64,000 bases of DNA from Microthyrium microscopicum (taxonomy: Eukaryota): assembly GCA_010405405.1 (NCBI GenBank), contig MU004230.1, forward strand, positions 2,824,627 through 2,888,626. Direction: 5' to 3'. The notes beneath the pieces are model-generated. The model did no database searches. It was given only the letters and a program-made list of their open reading frames with translations, and had not been told where the DNA came from. Both the position numbers and the translations under genes were made by a program. Below, one piece after another: positions 1 through 12,923 of this stretch. Each line of letters starts with the position of its first letter. Position 1 is the first letter of the stretch.

Positions 1-1841
1 AAGATCGTGGACCTGGAAAATCTGTCGGTAATTCTGCGATCTATACCTGGATTCTTAGAAATCCCACCAACAAAGCCGGCTTTTATTTCCTTCAACAAGA
101 CAACTCACAGTCACAATCAAAGCAAACTACATCTGTGAATCTCAAGACCTCCCTTGGCACCATCGCTGTGCCGAATGTTATCATTGATGGTCGCCAAAGC
201 AAAATCTTGGTTACCGATTATAATGTTGGTCCCAACTTCAAGTTGCTCTACGCTACGGCCGACGTTCTGACCTATGGTCAATTCCCTTACCCTGTCCTCG
301 TTATGTACCTTAAGCAAGGACAGTCAGCAGAGTTTGCCTTTGGGCCAGATGTACAAAATGCAACGTTCAAGGCTCATGGAGCTCCCGCCGACTTTACGTC
401 TTCAGAAGCTCACAGCGCCAATGGGACACGATACACCAAGTACCTCTGGACTCAACCAAAGGGTCAAACGGTCGTTGACTTTTCAGACCCGGTTGGCACT
501 TTATTCAAGGTGTTTCTGCTTGACATCCCGACCGCATGGTCCTTCTTCGCCCCTGCGTACACTCTCAATCCAAACGTGAAGCCAACGGAACACATGTTCG
601 TACTTGGACCATATTTAGTTCGAAGTGCCACCATATTTGGTTCAGAGATCCAACTTACCGGAGATAAAGAAGGCCCCAGTAGCCTAGAGGTATTTGCCGG
701 GGATGTCAATGTCGATAAAATCGTCTGGAATGGAAAAGCTTTAGCAACTACCAAGTCCCCCTATGGATCATTCCTTGCAAATCTCGACGACTTGGCAACC
801 AAATCAATATCTTTACCAACACTGTCTGACTGGAAAGTTGCCGACTCCTTACCGGAGATCAAGAAAGACTTTGATGATACCAAATTTGTTACCTGTGGGA
901 AATCACTGCACAGCAGCGACTACGGCTTCCATGCAGGTATAAAAATCTACCGTGCAACTTTCACAGACAAGTCTGCCGTCAAGGCCAACATAACAGTTCA
1001 AGGTGGAACAGCAGCGGGATGGAGTGCATGGCTCAATGGAAAACTTGTTGGAGGCTCGCCTGGATCTCTAGGGTCAGCTAGTACCACCAGCATGCTGGAT
1101 TTCAAGAAGGTACAACTCGAGGCCAAGAACGTACTTACGGTTGTGACTGACTACACTGGCCACGATCAAGCAAGCGTCAAACCAGGAGGCCCTGCCAATC
1201 CACGAGGAATCCTCAATGCCAAGCTACTCGATGAGCACAATAAAGAAGTCAAGGTTAGTCAATGGAAAATTCAAGGTAATCTAGGGGGCGAGAAGGAGTT
1301 GGATCACGTTCGTGGCAACATGAACGAAGGCGGACTCTATGGCGAGCGAGCAGGATGGCATTTGCCTGGCTTTGATGCTTCGTCGTGGACCAAAGGATCT
1401 CCCACAGAAGGAATTCTACATGCTGGAGTCTCATGGTATATCACTAAGTTCAAACTCAACATTCCTTCCAACATGGACGTCCCAATCGGCGTCGAGTTCA
1501 ATGCACCCAAGGGAACCACTGCAAGGATACAGATGTTCGTTAATGGGTGAGTTGGCCGATTGCAAATGGACGATGCAGTGACTGACTGAACTAGATACCA
1601 ATATGGCAAATACGTTCCTCACATTGGGCCGCAGACGCAATTTCCTCTCCAGCCAGGTATCTTAAACACCAATGGAGAAAACACCCTTGCTCTGAGTTTG
1701 TGGGCGCAGAATGATGTGGGAGCGAAGCTGTCAGAAGTGAAGTTGATTACATATGGGCAGTATGAAACTGGGTTTAACTTCACTCAGGACTGGAGCTATC
1801 TTCAACCAGGGATAAACAAGGGTAGACTTGAGTTATTATAA
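1..1841 (+). CDS. Beta-galactosidase, GH35 (fungal LacA type), C-terminal part; 5' end lies outside the window
   Basis: Frame is open from position 3. Motifs match fungal GH35 C-terminal domains ([47 protein letters not shown]). Intron 1547-1594 (GTGAGT..CTGAC..TAG) gives [28 protein letters not shown]. Stop TAA at 1839-1841. Confidence 0.92.
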
Positions 1842-2429
1842 GATACTCTGTTTATAACCGATACTGTAATGCCTGCGTGATCTTGATAGTTCATAAGATC
1901 GAATGAAAAGGTGGGAATGCTATGAACTTTGAGAGCTCGGGTTAGAAGTAGTATTTACCAAGGTAATAGGCTGGAAACAAAACTGAATCTGCTCTTTGAA
2001 CTTACAAGAAAGTTAATACAACCCATCAATTGGGCTATACCTAAATAAATTGGTGAAGGTTTTCTGTTTGCCTTGGAGGTTGAGTGTCTGTAGCTGTGTA
2101 GACCTTGAGTAATTATCAGGTCGAACCCGCTCAATCCTAGTTCAACAATTGTGAGTAGAGCTTATCGAATGCCGTCTGAAGGCGCGTGCTCTATGTGCTC
2201 ATGAGGAATTGAGGTAAGCACCTCCAGTTCCTGATGCAGTCACTCAGCCTTATGGCCAAAAATGGAAGCTGCGACAAAGCTTGGACCTTGCCGTACTTCA
2301 AGTCGCGTGTTTTCTGGGACCAACTCCCAACGAAACCTTCTTAGTTCCCTTAATACAATGTCGGCCACGGTATCCTAATCGCTTCGCTTCCTTCATCAAT
2401 CGCAGATCCTATCGATACACATCATCACG

Positions 2430-4674
2430 ATGTCAACCCCGTCAGGCACTGGCGGAGGCAAGCCGCAAGCCGCATCAACTCCACAGTCACATTCCCATCT
2501 CAATACCTTCTCCTCGCCAGCACCTAGAAGCGTGCCCTCGCCAGCGACGAATAGACATACTCAGGCTGGAAAATCGCCATTTAATAACAATGCGTCGGCC
2601 GCTAGCCACGGGACTACTGCTACTGTGACGGGTGGTACCAGAACCGTTCAACCCTCTCCCTCGAGTTTTCCTAACTGGGATTCGCCTGCAGGCATGCTTC
2701 CGAGCCTTAGCAATATGAGTTTTGCTGATGGGGGTATTGGCATGGCGCTCCAAGGAAGCGGGATGAATGGTGGCAGCTCTGTTGGCGGTAAAATCGACGA
2801 CCAAGAGCGCCGACGTCGTCTCGAATACATGCAAGAAACTTTACGAGCTCGGCCTCCAAAGCTGAGTCCGGAGGGCGTCCAGATTGTGGCCGAAAGACTT
2901 GGGCTTGACACTATGATGGAGCCTGAGCAAGGAACACGCAAAGACGGTACTCGGACTTGTACCATAGCTGGCGAAACTATAGTCGTGGAGGTCCTTTTCA
3001 AAGCAAATTACAATGTGGAGTCTGTGGAGGCTTCTTCGCCTGGTTCTAATGAGCTTGTCTCCCAGCACTTCAAGTCAGCCTCAGAAGTACTTCTACGCGA
3101 TGTTACCGAACCCCCGATGATGCCTCTGCTCCGACAACTAGGTAGTTTCTCTGACAATCTCGAACGGCTGGCAAAAATGGACAAGCTGAATGGGCCTTCT
3201 GCTGGTCAAAGTTTTAACTGCTTCGAGGCTATTGCTGGAGTTTATACGAGCTTAAAAAAGCTTTTTGAACACGAGAAGCAAGCTGTACTAGCGTTGATTG
3301 ACTCCAATAAAAATCATCGCGAGGCAAGAGCGGAGCGAGAAGTAATGTGCAAGAAGAGCGGCAGACCCTGCATGAACGCCAGGAGTGCCGTTGGAATGAG
3401 TCTTGATTACTGGATGCAAAAGCGGTTCAGTTATCTCGACCATGAAGGCCCACAGAACCCCGATTCAATGGACGTGGATTCAAGACCGCAGACTGATCCT
3501 CAGTCAGATCTTCCCACCCAAAAACTATTCAGTCTGCTCATCGAATGCGAGCCATACGCATCTGAGCTGTATACTCCTGTTCGAATCAGCACCGAATGGA
3601 TATCGGACAAGTTTGAGCAACCTGCAACCGAGATGTTTTCAGGCCTCTTAGACTGGCAACATCCTCCCCCAACCTATCTCCACAGCCCTGGTAGTCTTGA
3701 GGCGAACGCAATGACATTGGATCAACGAGATAATAAGTTACCGAACATACGTTTCGTGGCAAAGCTAAATCCACCTTTGGTTCTTCCATCATTAGTTGCT
3801 GATAACATCCTCTTGTCGACTGAAACCCAACCAGATGTGAATGAGTTACAAAACCAGATGATCTATCACCATCTGCTGCTAGGAATCAATGATCCTGCTG
3901 AGAAGGACTACTACGGTGGCCCCAGCAAAGTTATACAAACCGAGAGGGTAACAGATCGAAAACTGCCTAATGGTTCTTTTGAGCGAGTTACTCATCGTGA
4001 CCTTCTTACCTCCAAAACTCCAACCGCCTCGCGAACTCTACGGGAAATACCGTTCTATCATCCTAGTCAAATAGTGAACGCACTCCCCGTACGTTGTATT
4101 CGAGGGAATAAGCCTTGGATAAAAAGCTGACGTGTTTCAGATTCTTCGACAATGGGCATGCATTAACTCATTACTAACTCAATCATTCGCATCAATACTT
4201 CCCGAGCCAAAGCTCAACCCGGAAGACTATCCGTTGGTAGGAAGTGTCGATGTCACATTCGACGCCTCATGCTCTCGTTTCAACATTCGATTTCCGACCA
4301 AGGACATCTTTCTGGAGAAAACGGATATTCTGAAGAAAACCAATGCTAGTTTGTCGGATGTCCTCCGATCACAAAGCAAGAAAAGCCAAGGGGATAACAG
4401 TCCTCGTTATTTTGAGGCTACCTTCGATATCGGGCTCAACGCAAATTTTCTTATTATTCAGCAACACATATCTACCAGCCCAGCTGGAAAGGCGACGAAT
4501 GAAGTTGGCAAAAACCCTCAAAAGAGTACCGATGAGATCGAAAAACAGCGGCAATTACTCCTGAAGCTTGGTAAAAACTTTGATGTTACATCTTGTTTGG
4601 ATATGATGGCCGAGTACATCAAACATTCCCTCTCTATGCCTGACTCTTGGATACAGGCTTTGGTTGATACATGA
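2430..4674 (+). CDS. MED1: Mediator of RNA polymerase II transcription subunit 1 (fungal Med1)
   Basis: S/P-rich N-terminus followed by FSDNLERLAKMDKL, FNCFEAIAGVYTSLKKLFEHE, REVMCKKSGRP, PNIRFVAKLNPPLVLP and IPFYHPSQI..ALP/ILRQWA, as in Pezizomycotina Med1. One intron at about 4090-4140. Confidence 0.8.
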
Positions 4675-5247
4675 TTTACCAGCTCAATTGGTCCTAATTG
4701 ATGTACCTTGTACAATCAATGGTTCATTCTTATGGTAGGCAGGCTTTAATAGCAGAGTTGTCTAGTATGTTCGTTTCAGATTGAAATCTCTAATGCTAAA
4801 ACCCTGGCTCATATCCAATATTCCAGAACTACAAGACAATCAAATCACTATTCTGTCTAACCATCTACCCTTAATCTCGCTACATTGATTGCCTTACAAG
4901 ACTCTAGCCTGCCCTAGGTCGAATTAACGTTAGCATTCACTAATTTTGCAGAGCGGACGTGACCATTCCAGCGCCTACCTGGGTAAATCTTGCAGGCTTG
5001 CTAATAACCATAAACTAGAAGTTCTTCTAGATGTAATACGAGGATCAACGTATACCTGGTAACAGCTGGTCCGAACCATTGGCAACGACCAACGTATATC
5101 AGTGATTTGTTGTATGCGTGTGCTCGAACTTTCCTACCTAAGTCTTGAACTTTAAGCTGGTTTTAGCGCTTCGTGTTTTCTTTGGTCTCCAGTTCCATAC
5201 ACTCATTTAGTACTATCAATCACATTCCTTTGAAGTTATACGAAGCC

Positions 5248-6425
5248 ATGGTCTCCGGCAGCCTTTCAAAGGCAGCTGTCCTCCTCGCTGCCATCTCAGG
5301 AGTCACCGCCCAAGGAGGATGTACAGTGACCTCTTACAGCGCACTAAAAGGTGCCATCGCAAGCTGTACATCAATCACCATCGGGGATCTCGAAGTCCCT
5401 CGGAACGAAGCACTTGACCTCTCCCTCAAGTCAGGCACAACCGTAAGATCCCGTTACACCTTCTTCCACATTCTATTATACTGTCTCTTTTCTAACATAC
5501 AGACCAGGTAACCTTCACCGGCAAAGTAAACTTCGCCCCAACCCCTAAACCCGGCCGCACAAAACAACTCGTCACAATAACCGGCTCCAACATCAAAATC
5601 CGCGGCACAACCGGGCACGTAATCAATGGTAACGGGCAAGCCTACTGGGACGGCGTAGGCGGAAACTCTGGAAAAACCATCGACAAGCCAAAATTCTTCC
5701 GCCTAAAACTTTCAAATAGCGAAATCTCCAACTTGCACGTTAAGAATGTGCCTGTGCACGTTTTTAGTATCTCCGGATGCTCGCACCTTACTTTGGATGG
5801 GATAAGGATTGATAACTCAGCGGGTGATGCGAAAACTAGTGGTGGCAAGAGTCTAGGCCACAATACGGACGCATTCGATGTGGGTGAGAGTAATGATATT
5901 ACGATATCGAATGCGTGGGTACATAATCAGGATGATTGTTTGGCGATCAACAGTGGCACGAATATCAAGTTCTTGAATGGGACTTGTATTGGTGGTCATG
6001 GCTTGTCCATCGGCTCTGTAGGAGGGCGAAACAATAATGTTGTTAAAGGTGTTCAGATCCGCAACAGCAAGATCTCCAAGTCGGAAAATGGTGTGCGCAT
6101 CAAGACGAAGGCTGGTGAAGGCAAAGGTTCTGTCTCAAATGTTGAGTATAGCAACATTGTGCTTGATGGGATCACGAAGCGTGGTATTGTTATTCAGCAG
6201 GACTATGAGAATGGTGGACCAACGGGCAAGCCTGGGCCGGAGATTCATATTAGTGATTTGACACTGAGTGGGATTACGGGCAGGGTGGATGGCAAGGCGA
6301 AGGCGATTTATGTGCTTTGTGCGAGTGGTGGGTGCTCGAATTGGAAATGGAGTGGGATTAATATCTCAGGGGGTGGTAGTAGTTGTTCTGGGGCGCCAGC
6401 TGGAGCGTCAGCGTTTTGTAAGTAG
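5248..6425 (+). CDS. Secreted endopolygalacturonase, GH28
   Basis: Signal peptide MVSGSLSKAAVLLAAISGVTA. Intron 5443-5507. Contains YWDGVGGNSG..KPKFF and all four GH28 catalytic motifs: HNTD, QDD, GHG, RIK. Confidence 0.95.
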
Positions 6426-6592
6426 AGATGGTTTGAAGTAATGAATCAGTCAATTTAGCTGGGGAATACCAGTCTATGTACAAATGCTCGCTGTCCGATG
6501 CTGGATATCTATGCTGAAAAGTCAAAACCGTGAAAATCAAGGGAACCCATCCTCTTCGAACGTCCCATACCATCTGCCATATCATTCAGAGA

Positions 6593-7990
6593 CTACACAC
6601 CCAAGGCGACCAGTCTAGCCTTGATATCCGCAACACCAGGCTTGCGATTTCGATCCACTACTACGCCTGTCACACTGCCAAACGTCACGACGCCGATATG
6701 ACCTGGCGCCACCTCGGTCTGCAATAACTTGATCACTCGCTCTATCTCCTCGCGAGCTAGGGGACTGCGCATCGATGCTTGTACGTTGCGCACTAACATG
6801 CTCATTGGAAAGCTTGCGCGTGCCGAACCTCCTTTTGCTACGGCTAACATCTGGAGTACCTGAAGAACCTCCTCTGCACGCTGTAGAGCCGCCATTCGTT
6901 CGCGCTGTTCCTTGGTAGGTGCCGGAGCGGCACTGGCGGCTGCGGCTTCTTTGGCGTGGATGCGGGCGAGTAGTGACGAGGAGCGATCAGATGGGTTTGC
7001 TGGTGGTTCCGGGGTGGTGTTCTCCTTGTCCTTGCTCACTGGGGCAACGGTAGAAGTATGAGCAGCTTTTGTCCGCTTGAAGGGTCGGGTTGGTGTATGG
7101 TCGGAGAGATTGATGTTCTTGAATGGAGTGAGGACGTCTTCGAGACGGCGCTGCCCTTTTGCGCGGAGCGGTCCAAGTTTGGCTAATGTGGAGGAGGGAA
7201 CGAGCGGTTCGGGAGAGATGGAGGCGGTGAAGCATGAAGATGGGATTTGCTTCGAGTGCGATTCCCAAAGGCTCGCCAGGTTGGCATTGAAGGTTGCAAT
7301 GGTGTCTGCTTCGTTGAAGGTACGTTGTGCTGGCCCGCGACCTTTGCGCTGCCGGGCAACGCGCTCGAGGCAGACTTTGCCTTCGCCATAGTCTTTAAGA
7401 AGGAAGCGAGTGGCCGTTGTGGCACTTTTACTGGTTGATGTCGAATGAATGATAGCCACGATTAGACGAATGTCTTCAATGGTGACTTTGCGCTTGCCCC
7501 ACAGTTTGGTGATTGAGGGTGTGAGCATTCGAAGATCGACGGTGTTGGAGTTTCCATTGTGAGCATAATGAAGCGAAAGAGCAGATAGGAATGCACAATT
7601 TAGACGTTTCAAGTCTTCTAGTTCATTGGTGAAGCCATTGGAGCGGGTCGGGCTGCTTGGTGGAGAGGAGACAGCAATATCAATTTCTGGAGAGGCATGG
7701 CGCTTGCGCTTCAAGTTGGTGGCAGACGACAAGTTGGAGGCAGAGACTGAGAGGTTGAGATTTGCAATACTATGCTTGATGGCTTTCGTAGGAGTATCAG
7801 GGGGGGTAATAACCACAACTCTACGCTTCTTGATGGAAGTCGTGACACTCAGACTGGACGGTCGTTCATCATCAGCTGTAGTCGGGTCGTGTTTACGTTT
7901 CTTGGACCCGAGATCAGAATCGGTACCGGGCTTTGAAACGCTACTAAAGTTGAGCGTAGCTCGCTGGACCATAGTTCTTGGACGAGGCAT
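6593..7990 (-). CDS. DNA replication licensing factor Cdt1-like protein
   Basis: ATG at 7990 (MPRPRT). Basic N-terminus with CDK sites (TPPDTPTK), a middle domain (AFLSALSLHYAHNG..DLRMLTPSITKLWGKRKVTIEDI) and a C-terminal winged-helix-like domain. An MCB box lies upstream. Confidence 0.68.
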   Translation of the reverse strand: MPRPRTMVQRATLNFSSVSKPGTDSDLGSKKRKHDPTTADDERPSSLSVTTSIKKRRVVVITPPDTPTKAIKHSIANLNLSVSASNLSSATNLKRKRHASPEIDIAVSSPPSSPTRSNGFTNELEDLKRLNCAFLSALSLHYAHNGNSNTVDLRMLTPSITKLWGKRKVTIEDIRLIVAIIHSTSTSKSATTATRFLLKDYGEGKVCLERVARQRKGRGPAQRTFNEADTIATFNANLASLWESHSKQIPSSCFTASISPEPLVPSSTLAKLGPLRAKGQRRLEDVLTPFKNINLSDHTPTRPFKRTKAAHTSTVAPVSKDKENTTPEPPANPSDRSSSLLARIHAKEAAAASAAPAPTKEQRERMAALQRAEEVLQVLQMLAVAKGGSARASFPMSMLVRNVQASMRSPLAREEIERVIKLLQTEVAPGHIGVVTFGSVTGVVVDRNRKPGVADIKARLVALGV

Positions 7991-8163
7991 TTTTGGATAA
8001 GATAAGCTCAAGAAAAGATGTGATAAGTATGGAGGGTTGAGCACTGGAAATGTCGAAGGTGAAGAAAAGAAAGATTGTTGTGTGAGATTTTGGTGTGTAG
8101 GGGAGTTGAGAATTGACCCAATGATAAAGGGAGGCTGGCCGCGACTTCCCCAAATGCTCGTCA

Positions 8164-8257
8164 ACGCGTAGGGCAGGTGCAGCGTGTCGCGAACGTGTCG
8201 CGCTAGTGATATGATTGGCTGGAAGAGACTCGTGGTACTGGCCGAGGTTCAACCAAT
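8164..8257. promoter_or_regulatory. MCB (ACGCGT) element with CGCG-type motifs and CCAAT boxes upstream of the Cdt1-like gene
   Basis: ACGCGT at 8164-8169, TCGCGA/GTCGCG at 8186-8202, ATTGG at about 8214 and CCAAT at about 8253. These lie 175-265 bp upstream of the ATG, consistent with G1/S (MBF) regulation. Confidence 0.55.
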
Positions 8258-8612
8258 AGGCGCATGGCTTGGGCCGAAAGCTTGGACCAAGCAAAATGCA
8301 CTTACCCTTCCTTTTCAAGTAAGACACCTCCACCAACTCCACCAACTCCACCAACACCGACAACAGCTCTCATCTGTTTTAGAAATTGAAGTTTGTTCCA
8401 AGAAATCAATATGTTGTATGTACTGCATAATAATGTACAGGCTACTCTTTCCGAGCGGCCATGTAAGGGTATCCTAAAGCAATCCCAACCATTCTAAACG
8501 CCGTGCTGAAAATCAGGTCCCAACATGTCCAGGAAGGACCAAGCAATCTGGTCTATTCTCATCCAATCCTTTTTCTATCATACATGTCCCATCTCAACTC
8601 ATAATATTACAT

Positions 8613-10101
8613 TCAAAATCTATCCCTAAACGGGTTATTCGGGTCGTTATCATGGCCCACCACTGGATTATTGTTCTCATACAGAGTCGGCATCTGGCTT
8701 GCTCGTTGCGATAGCAGCGGCCGATATCCTGACCGTCGATTTCCTCGCGCACCCGCCGGCCAAGATCCTCTTGGTTGCGGCACAGGCGATCCTTGTGGTG
8801 ACCCGTTTTGATATTGGTAGCCATTCTGGTAGCCGTTGTGGTGGTCTTGGTCCCAGGAGTCTGGCGTGCTTGATCGATAAGGTGGGCTGTCTGCTCCATA
8901 TGCCCTTGGAGGACTCACTGCGGCGGCTCCGAATGTTGTGAGCGGCTCGTATCGAGTATGCTGTTGCATTCCTGTGTCGAACATGGACACTTCAGGGCCG
9001 TAAATTGAGCTTGCTGGCGGAGGTGTGACTGGTGGATCGTAGAGGTATGCTTCTTGTGGATAGATGCTTGGCGGTTTCCTGTTTCGCCGCCGTAGGCAGA
9101 GGAAAATGAGCGCTAGGAACGCGATGGTGACTACAGCTGCTGATGTGGTGATTCCTGCGATTGCGCCGGTGCTCAGTGTGGATTTCCGTTGGGTAGACAT
9201 GTCTCCTGGTGTAGCGGTTGCACTTATTACCGGAACGTTTTTTAGCGCGGAGGTTGAACTTGAACTTGAAGTCGAACTCGACGAGGATGAAGAAGTATGT
9301 GAGGTTGTTGTTGATTGTGAGGCGCTTGAGGGCGATATACTCATTGATACCGACGAAGAGCTGGGAGTTGCGGAGACGAAGGTAATCGATGGCAGAGACA
9401 TTAATGATTGTGAGCTGACTACAGATTGCGAGGCACTGATAGTTGATTGCGGTTGTTGGCTGCTGGTTACTTGCGCGGACGAGCCCGCTGTTGCTAGAGA
9501 TGATTGACTTTGCACGGACGATCCAGCCGTTGCTAAGGATGATTGACTTTGGAAAAGCCAGCTCAAGCCGCCTGATGAAGATTGACCGCCAATCGTGGAC
9601 TGGGTAGATTGGCTCATGACCCCCGAAATGGTTTGTTTCGCCGTCGTTTGGAGTGTTTGACTGGTTGTCCCTTGCGAAGTCTGGGTGAATGTTGGTTGCG
9701 CTGAAGTCTGAGTTGGTGTTTGGGAGGAGGGTATGATCGGACCAGGTGGAACAAATAACAGACTCGATGATGGTGTAGCCGTTGAAATAGATGGGACAGC
9801 AAAATAACTCGAGGCTAAAGAGGCCAGAACAGACCCAAGTGAGGGTGATATATCGCTAGCGACACTTATTGGCAATGAGGCCAGGTTGAGACTCTCACTC
9901 ATAGTAGTACCGCTTGGATTGGTCACTCGCGGTATTATAGCAGGCGTTGGTGTGGGAATCCTTGTTAAGGATGTTTGCGCGGAGAGAGGGAAGGGGAGGA
10001 GTCTAGTCGCTTTAAACGATTGGAGCTGTCGTCCTGTTTACCAAAAGTTAGCATCGGTGTTTTGTTTGGACATACTTCAAACTCGACTCACCTTCAATCA
10101 T
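8613..10101 (-). CDS. Ser/Thr-rich single-pass membrane protein (Mid2/Wsc/mucin-like sensor architecture)
   Basis: Micro-exon ATG ATT GAA G (10101-10092) and intron 10091-10034 (GTGAGT..GCTAAC..CAG) join in frame. Long S/T/Q-rich region, TM helix (GAIAGITTSAAVVTIAFLALIFLCL) followed by RRRNRK, and a P/Y-rich tail ending NNPFRDRF. Confidence 0.8.
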
Positions 10102-10985
10102 GATGATCTCAAATTACAAACATTTTTTTTGAATATTTCGTTGCTGCTGCGTTGTGCTTTTAGACAAGCTGAAAGAAAGTTGTGAGAGAGCAATGTCAAC
10201 AAGTCCAAAACGAGCTGAAGAGTCGACAAACTTAAAAGCTGGGGAAAAGCGATCTTCAACGCCACCAACGGACAGGATAAAACTGTTTTATTTCAATCAG
10301 GTTCCCCTGCCAGGAACCGCCTATTCATAGCAAGTCACAGTCCATGTAAAACATGGGTCAACTTTGGAGCCGCCTGGAAATCGTTGCTGTCAACGTTGTT
10401 GGGGGCTTAGACCGTTGATAATCCCAGACGACCACCAACACAGCGATCAATTCGCCTCCAACACCAAACCTCCATCTACGTTCGTCCAGCATTGCACACT
10501 CACGGCGGCGCAGCCGATCGATATCACTGGCCTTCCGATATATCATTTTGCTTCCGAGCCTCCTATTCCTTGCTGTTTCACTACGGAAATGGCTATGTTC
10601 TTGCCAAATGCATACATTTTGTGTATAAGGAGCACCCTGTCCGGCTGGAAGCCTCATCACGACTAAACCGAGCTCTTACACATTAGGTGAGATGCTCTTT
10701 GGTCTCTCATTGCTTATTCAAATCTCAAATCAAGCCTCAAGGACCCCGGTTATGAACTCGGTTATCGCCTGGCCCGAAGAAGTCGAATAGAACGCGACGA
10801 CGCCTATGGCTCGTCCTCATTTTGATACTGGCTACACTGGTTCCCTGGAACCTTGAAGTCCGTCCTTGCAAATGATCCAGGTTTAGATGCTGGAAAGTCC
10901 CTTTACGCACTCGCCACACCTTCATCTTGGCCAGCCTGACCAAGATCCTGAGGTTCCGTTCTAGGCGCTTTAGCCACAGGGAAAG

Positions 10986-11227
10986 TACCGTAGTCGGCGG
11001 AACTCATGTTACAGCACGGACGCAAAAAGTTAGGCATTAAGCAGTGCACTGACAGATTCTGTATGAGCTTTTTCCATCTGCCTGCATTCTTAGGCGGCTA
11101 TAGCCTGAGTTTATGCCTCATAAGCCTGAGAAGTCCTTTTTTGGACCTAAAAACGCCTCTCCCGCGACCATTTACTAGCAATTTGAAAAACGTCCGTGCT
11201 GTAACATGAGTTCCGCCGACTACGGTA
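10986..11227. mobile_element. MITE (non-autonomous Tc1/mariner-pogo type), 238 bp, perfect 35-bp TIRs, TA target-site duplication
   Basis: TA-CCGTAGTCGGCGGAACTCATGTTACAGCACGGACG (10986-11022) and its exact reverse complement CGTCCGTGCTGTAACATGAGTTCCGCCGACTACGG-TA (11191-11227). No transposase coding inside. Confidence 0.9.
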
Positions 11228-12923
11228 GGCATTTCTCAGGCTATCATAAACAGGTTTATGCACATGCATGTATCTATAATGCGGCCAATGAAGTGCTTGA
11301 TCAAAAGAAAGGGCCGTCGAAATCGAGATGATTGTGACCTCTGACGCGTGTAGATCACTAAGTTGGCCAGGCATGAATTTTTCGCCACTTTTGCTCCAGC
11401 CACAGTCTATTGCTGCAACAAGCAGAATTCAGGTCGATCTTTTGGTCTGGATTATACTTTTTGGTTCATTGATTGATGGACTGGATCTGAAGCAATGTAC
11501 ATGACCTCAAGGCCGCGTATCAGTATTGAGTGAGGATTTTTTGAGTCTGTGGCATAGCATGGTAGGTTTGTTCTTGGCTCGCATGATCGCATCTTCAAGC
11601 ATCCGTAATAATCAATGACAGTGAACAGCCAAAGACAAAATGATTCCTGGAAATTGAACAAGAGATCTAGAATTCTGCCGCAGAAAAGTTGGGTATGCGT
11701 CTCTTGAAAGCATGATTTAACAACGAATCTTGTCACCTTATGACATCCCGTCATCTCATGATAGTCGATGTAGTCACAATCAAAAGCTATTTGATGCTTG
11801 GTTTACGGATCGCATTTAAAACCAATGCTTCTTTGAATGGGGAAGGTTGAAAGCGGCTTTCACGGGATCTTACTGTTTCTTCCTTCAAATCGTACCCCGA
11901 ATTACGCTCCAAATCTTTCAGTAACTCTCGATACTTGGGATGTCTTCTGCACTAAAGGATACAGAGTATTGTACAATACCAGGAGCTCAAATATATTGAC
12001 AGACAAGAAGGAACGAGAACTAAAGCTTGCCTCAACCAATATAGCTTTCATACATACCAATTCATTATAGCTCGGCATTGAACACAAAATCATTCAGCCC
12101 TGGGAGGACATTACCGGGCAACAGTCCATGACAACTATCACATCTGCAAACTTTGGTTTAAATATAACCCATACCCGAAGACAAGCTTTTACAAGCCAGG
12201 ATGGCGATCTTGGACAATTGAAGAAAAGGCCCGGCTATGAACAGGGCTTTCGAGCAAGTCAAAGTGGTCGAGGGCTATCAGACTGGTTGAGCTATTACAG
12301 ATCACCTTCCTCGCCTCCTGTTCAGTATAGTTTCAGAATCCTACCCTAAGCCCAAGCAAATTCAACGAAAGAAGCTACACGCTTGGAGATAAGCTTTGCA
12401 ATAAGTCTGACGCTTGCGCCGCATACTGACACAACATCCTCCCGCGAAAGAGCACACGAGCTTTGCCCGCGTATATATTAAAGAAGGATTCAACCAATCC
12501 CACAAGCTGTACTCCTTCAATAATCATATGTTTTCAAGAGCCCTAGATTAATCACAGCCACAACTATCTCTGGGGAAATAAAGAACTGAGTTAGTAATGA
12601 AAGAATACACCGGTTGCTTTGCGGCGATAAAGCACAATCACTGCCTGGTCAGGAGTAATATATGCTTGGCATATAATGTTTGGAGTCTATCAAAGCTTTG
12701 TATACATGCGAATAGCACTCGTCTACTATTGACTCCGTGGGTACTTTTGATCCTTCCGAAATCCCTCTGATCCATTTGTGGCTCAGAGACGTGTATAAAC
12801 CTCTTGCCAGCCCAGAACAGTCGGACTCTGCCCCAACTGGTACACTTACACATTGCCTGGATTTTCTGTATATACCAGTGTCAAACAGCAGAGAGAGCTC
12901 GTTTACGATACTCAGTTGCAATC

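Noticed and set aside
8326..8360. (CTCCACCAA)x3 tandem
   Set aside because: Simple short tandem repeat without spacers; not CRISPR-like or telomeric.
10200..12900. Short ORFs in the long intergenic region around the MITE
   Set aside because: All are about 100 aa or less, overlap on both strands and lack motifs, consistent with non-coding promoter DNA.
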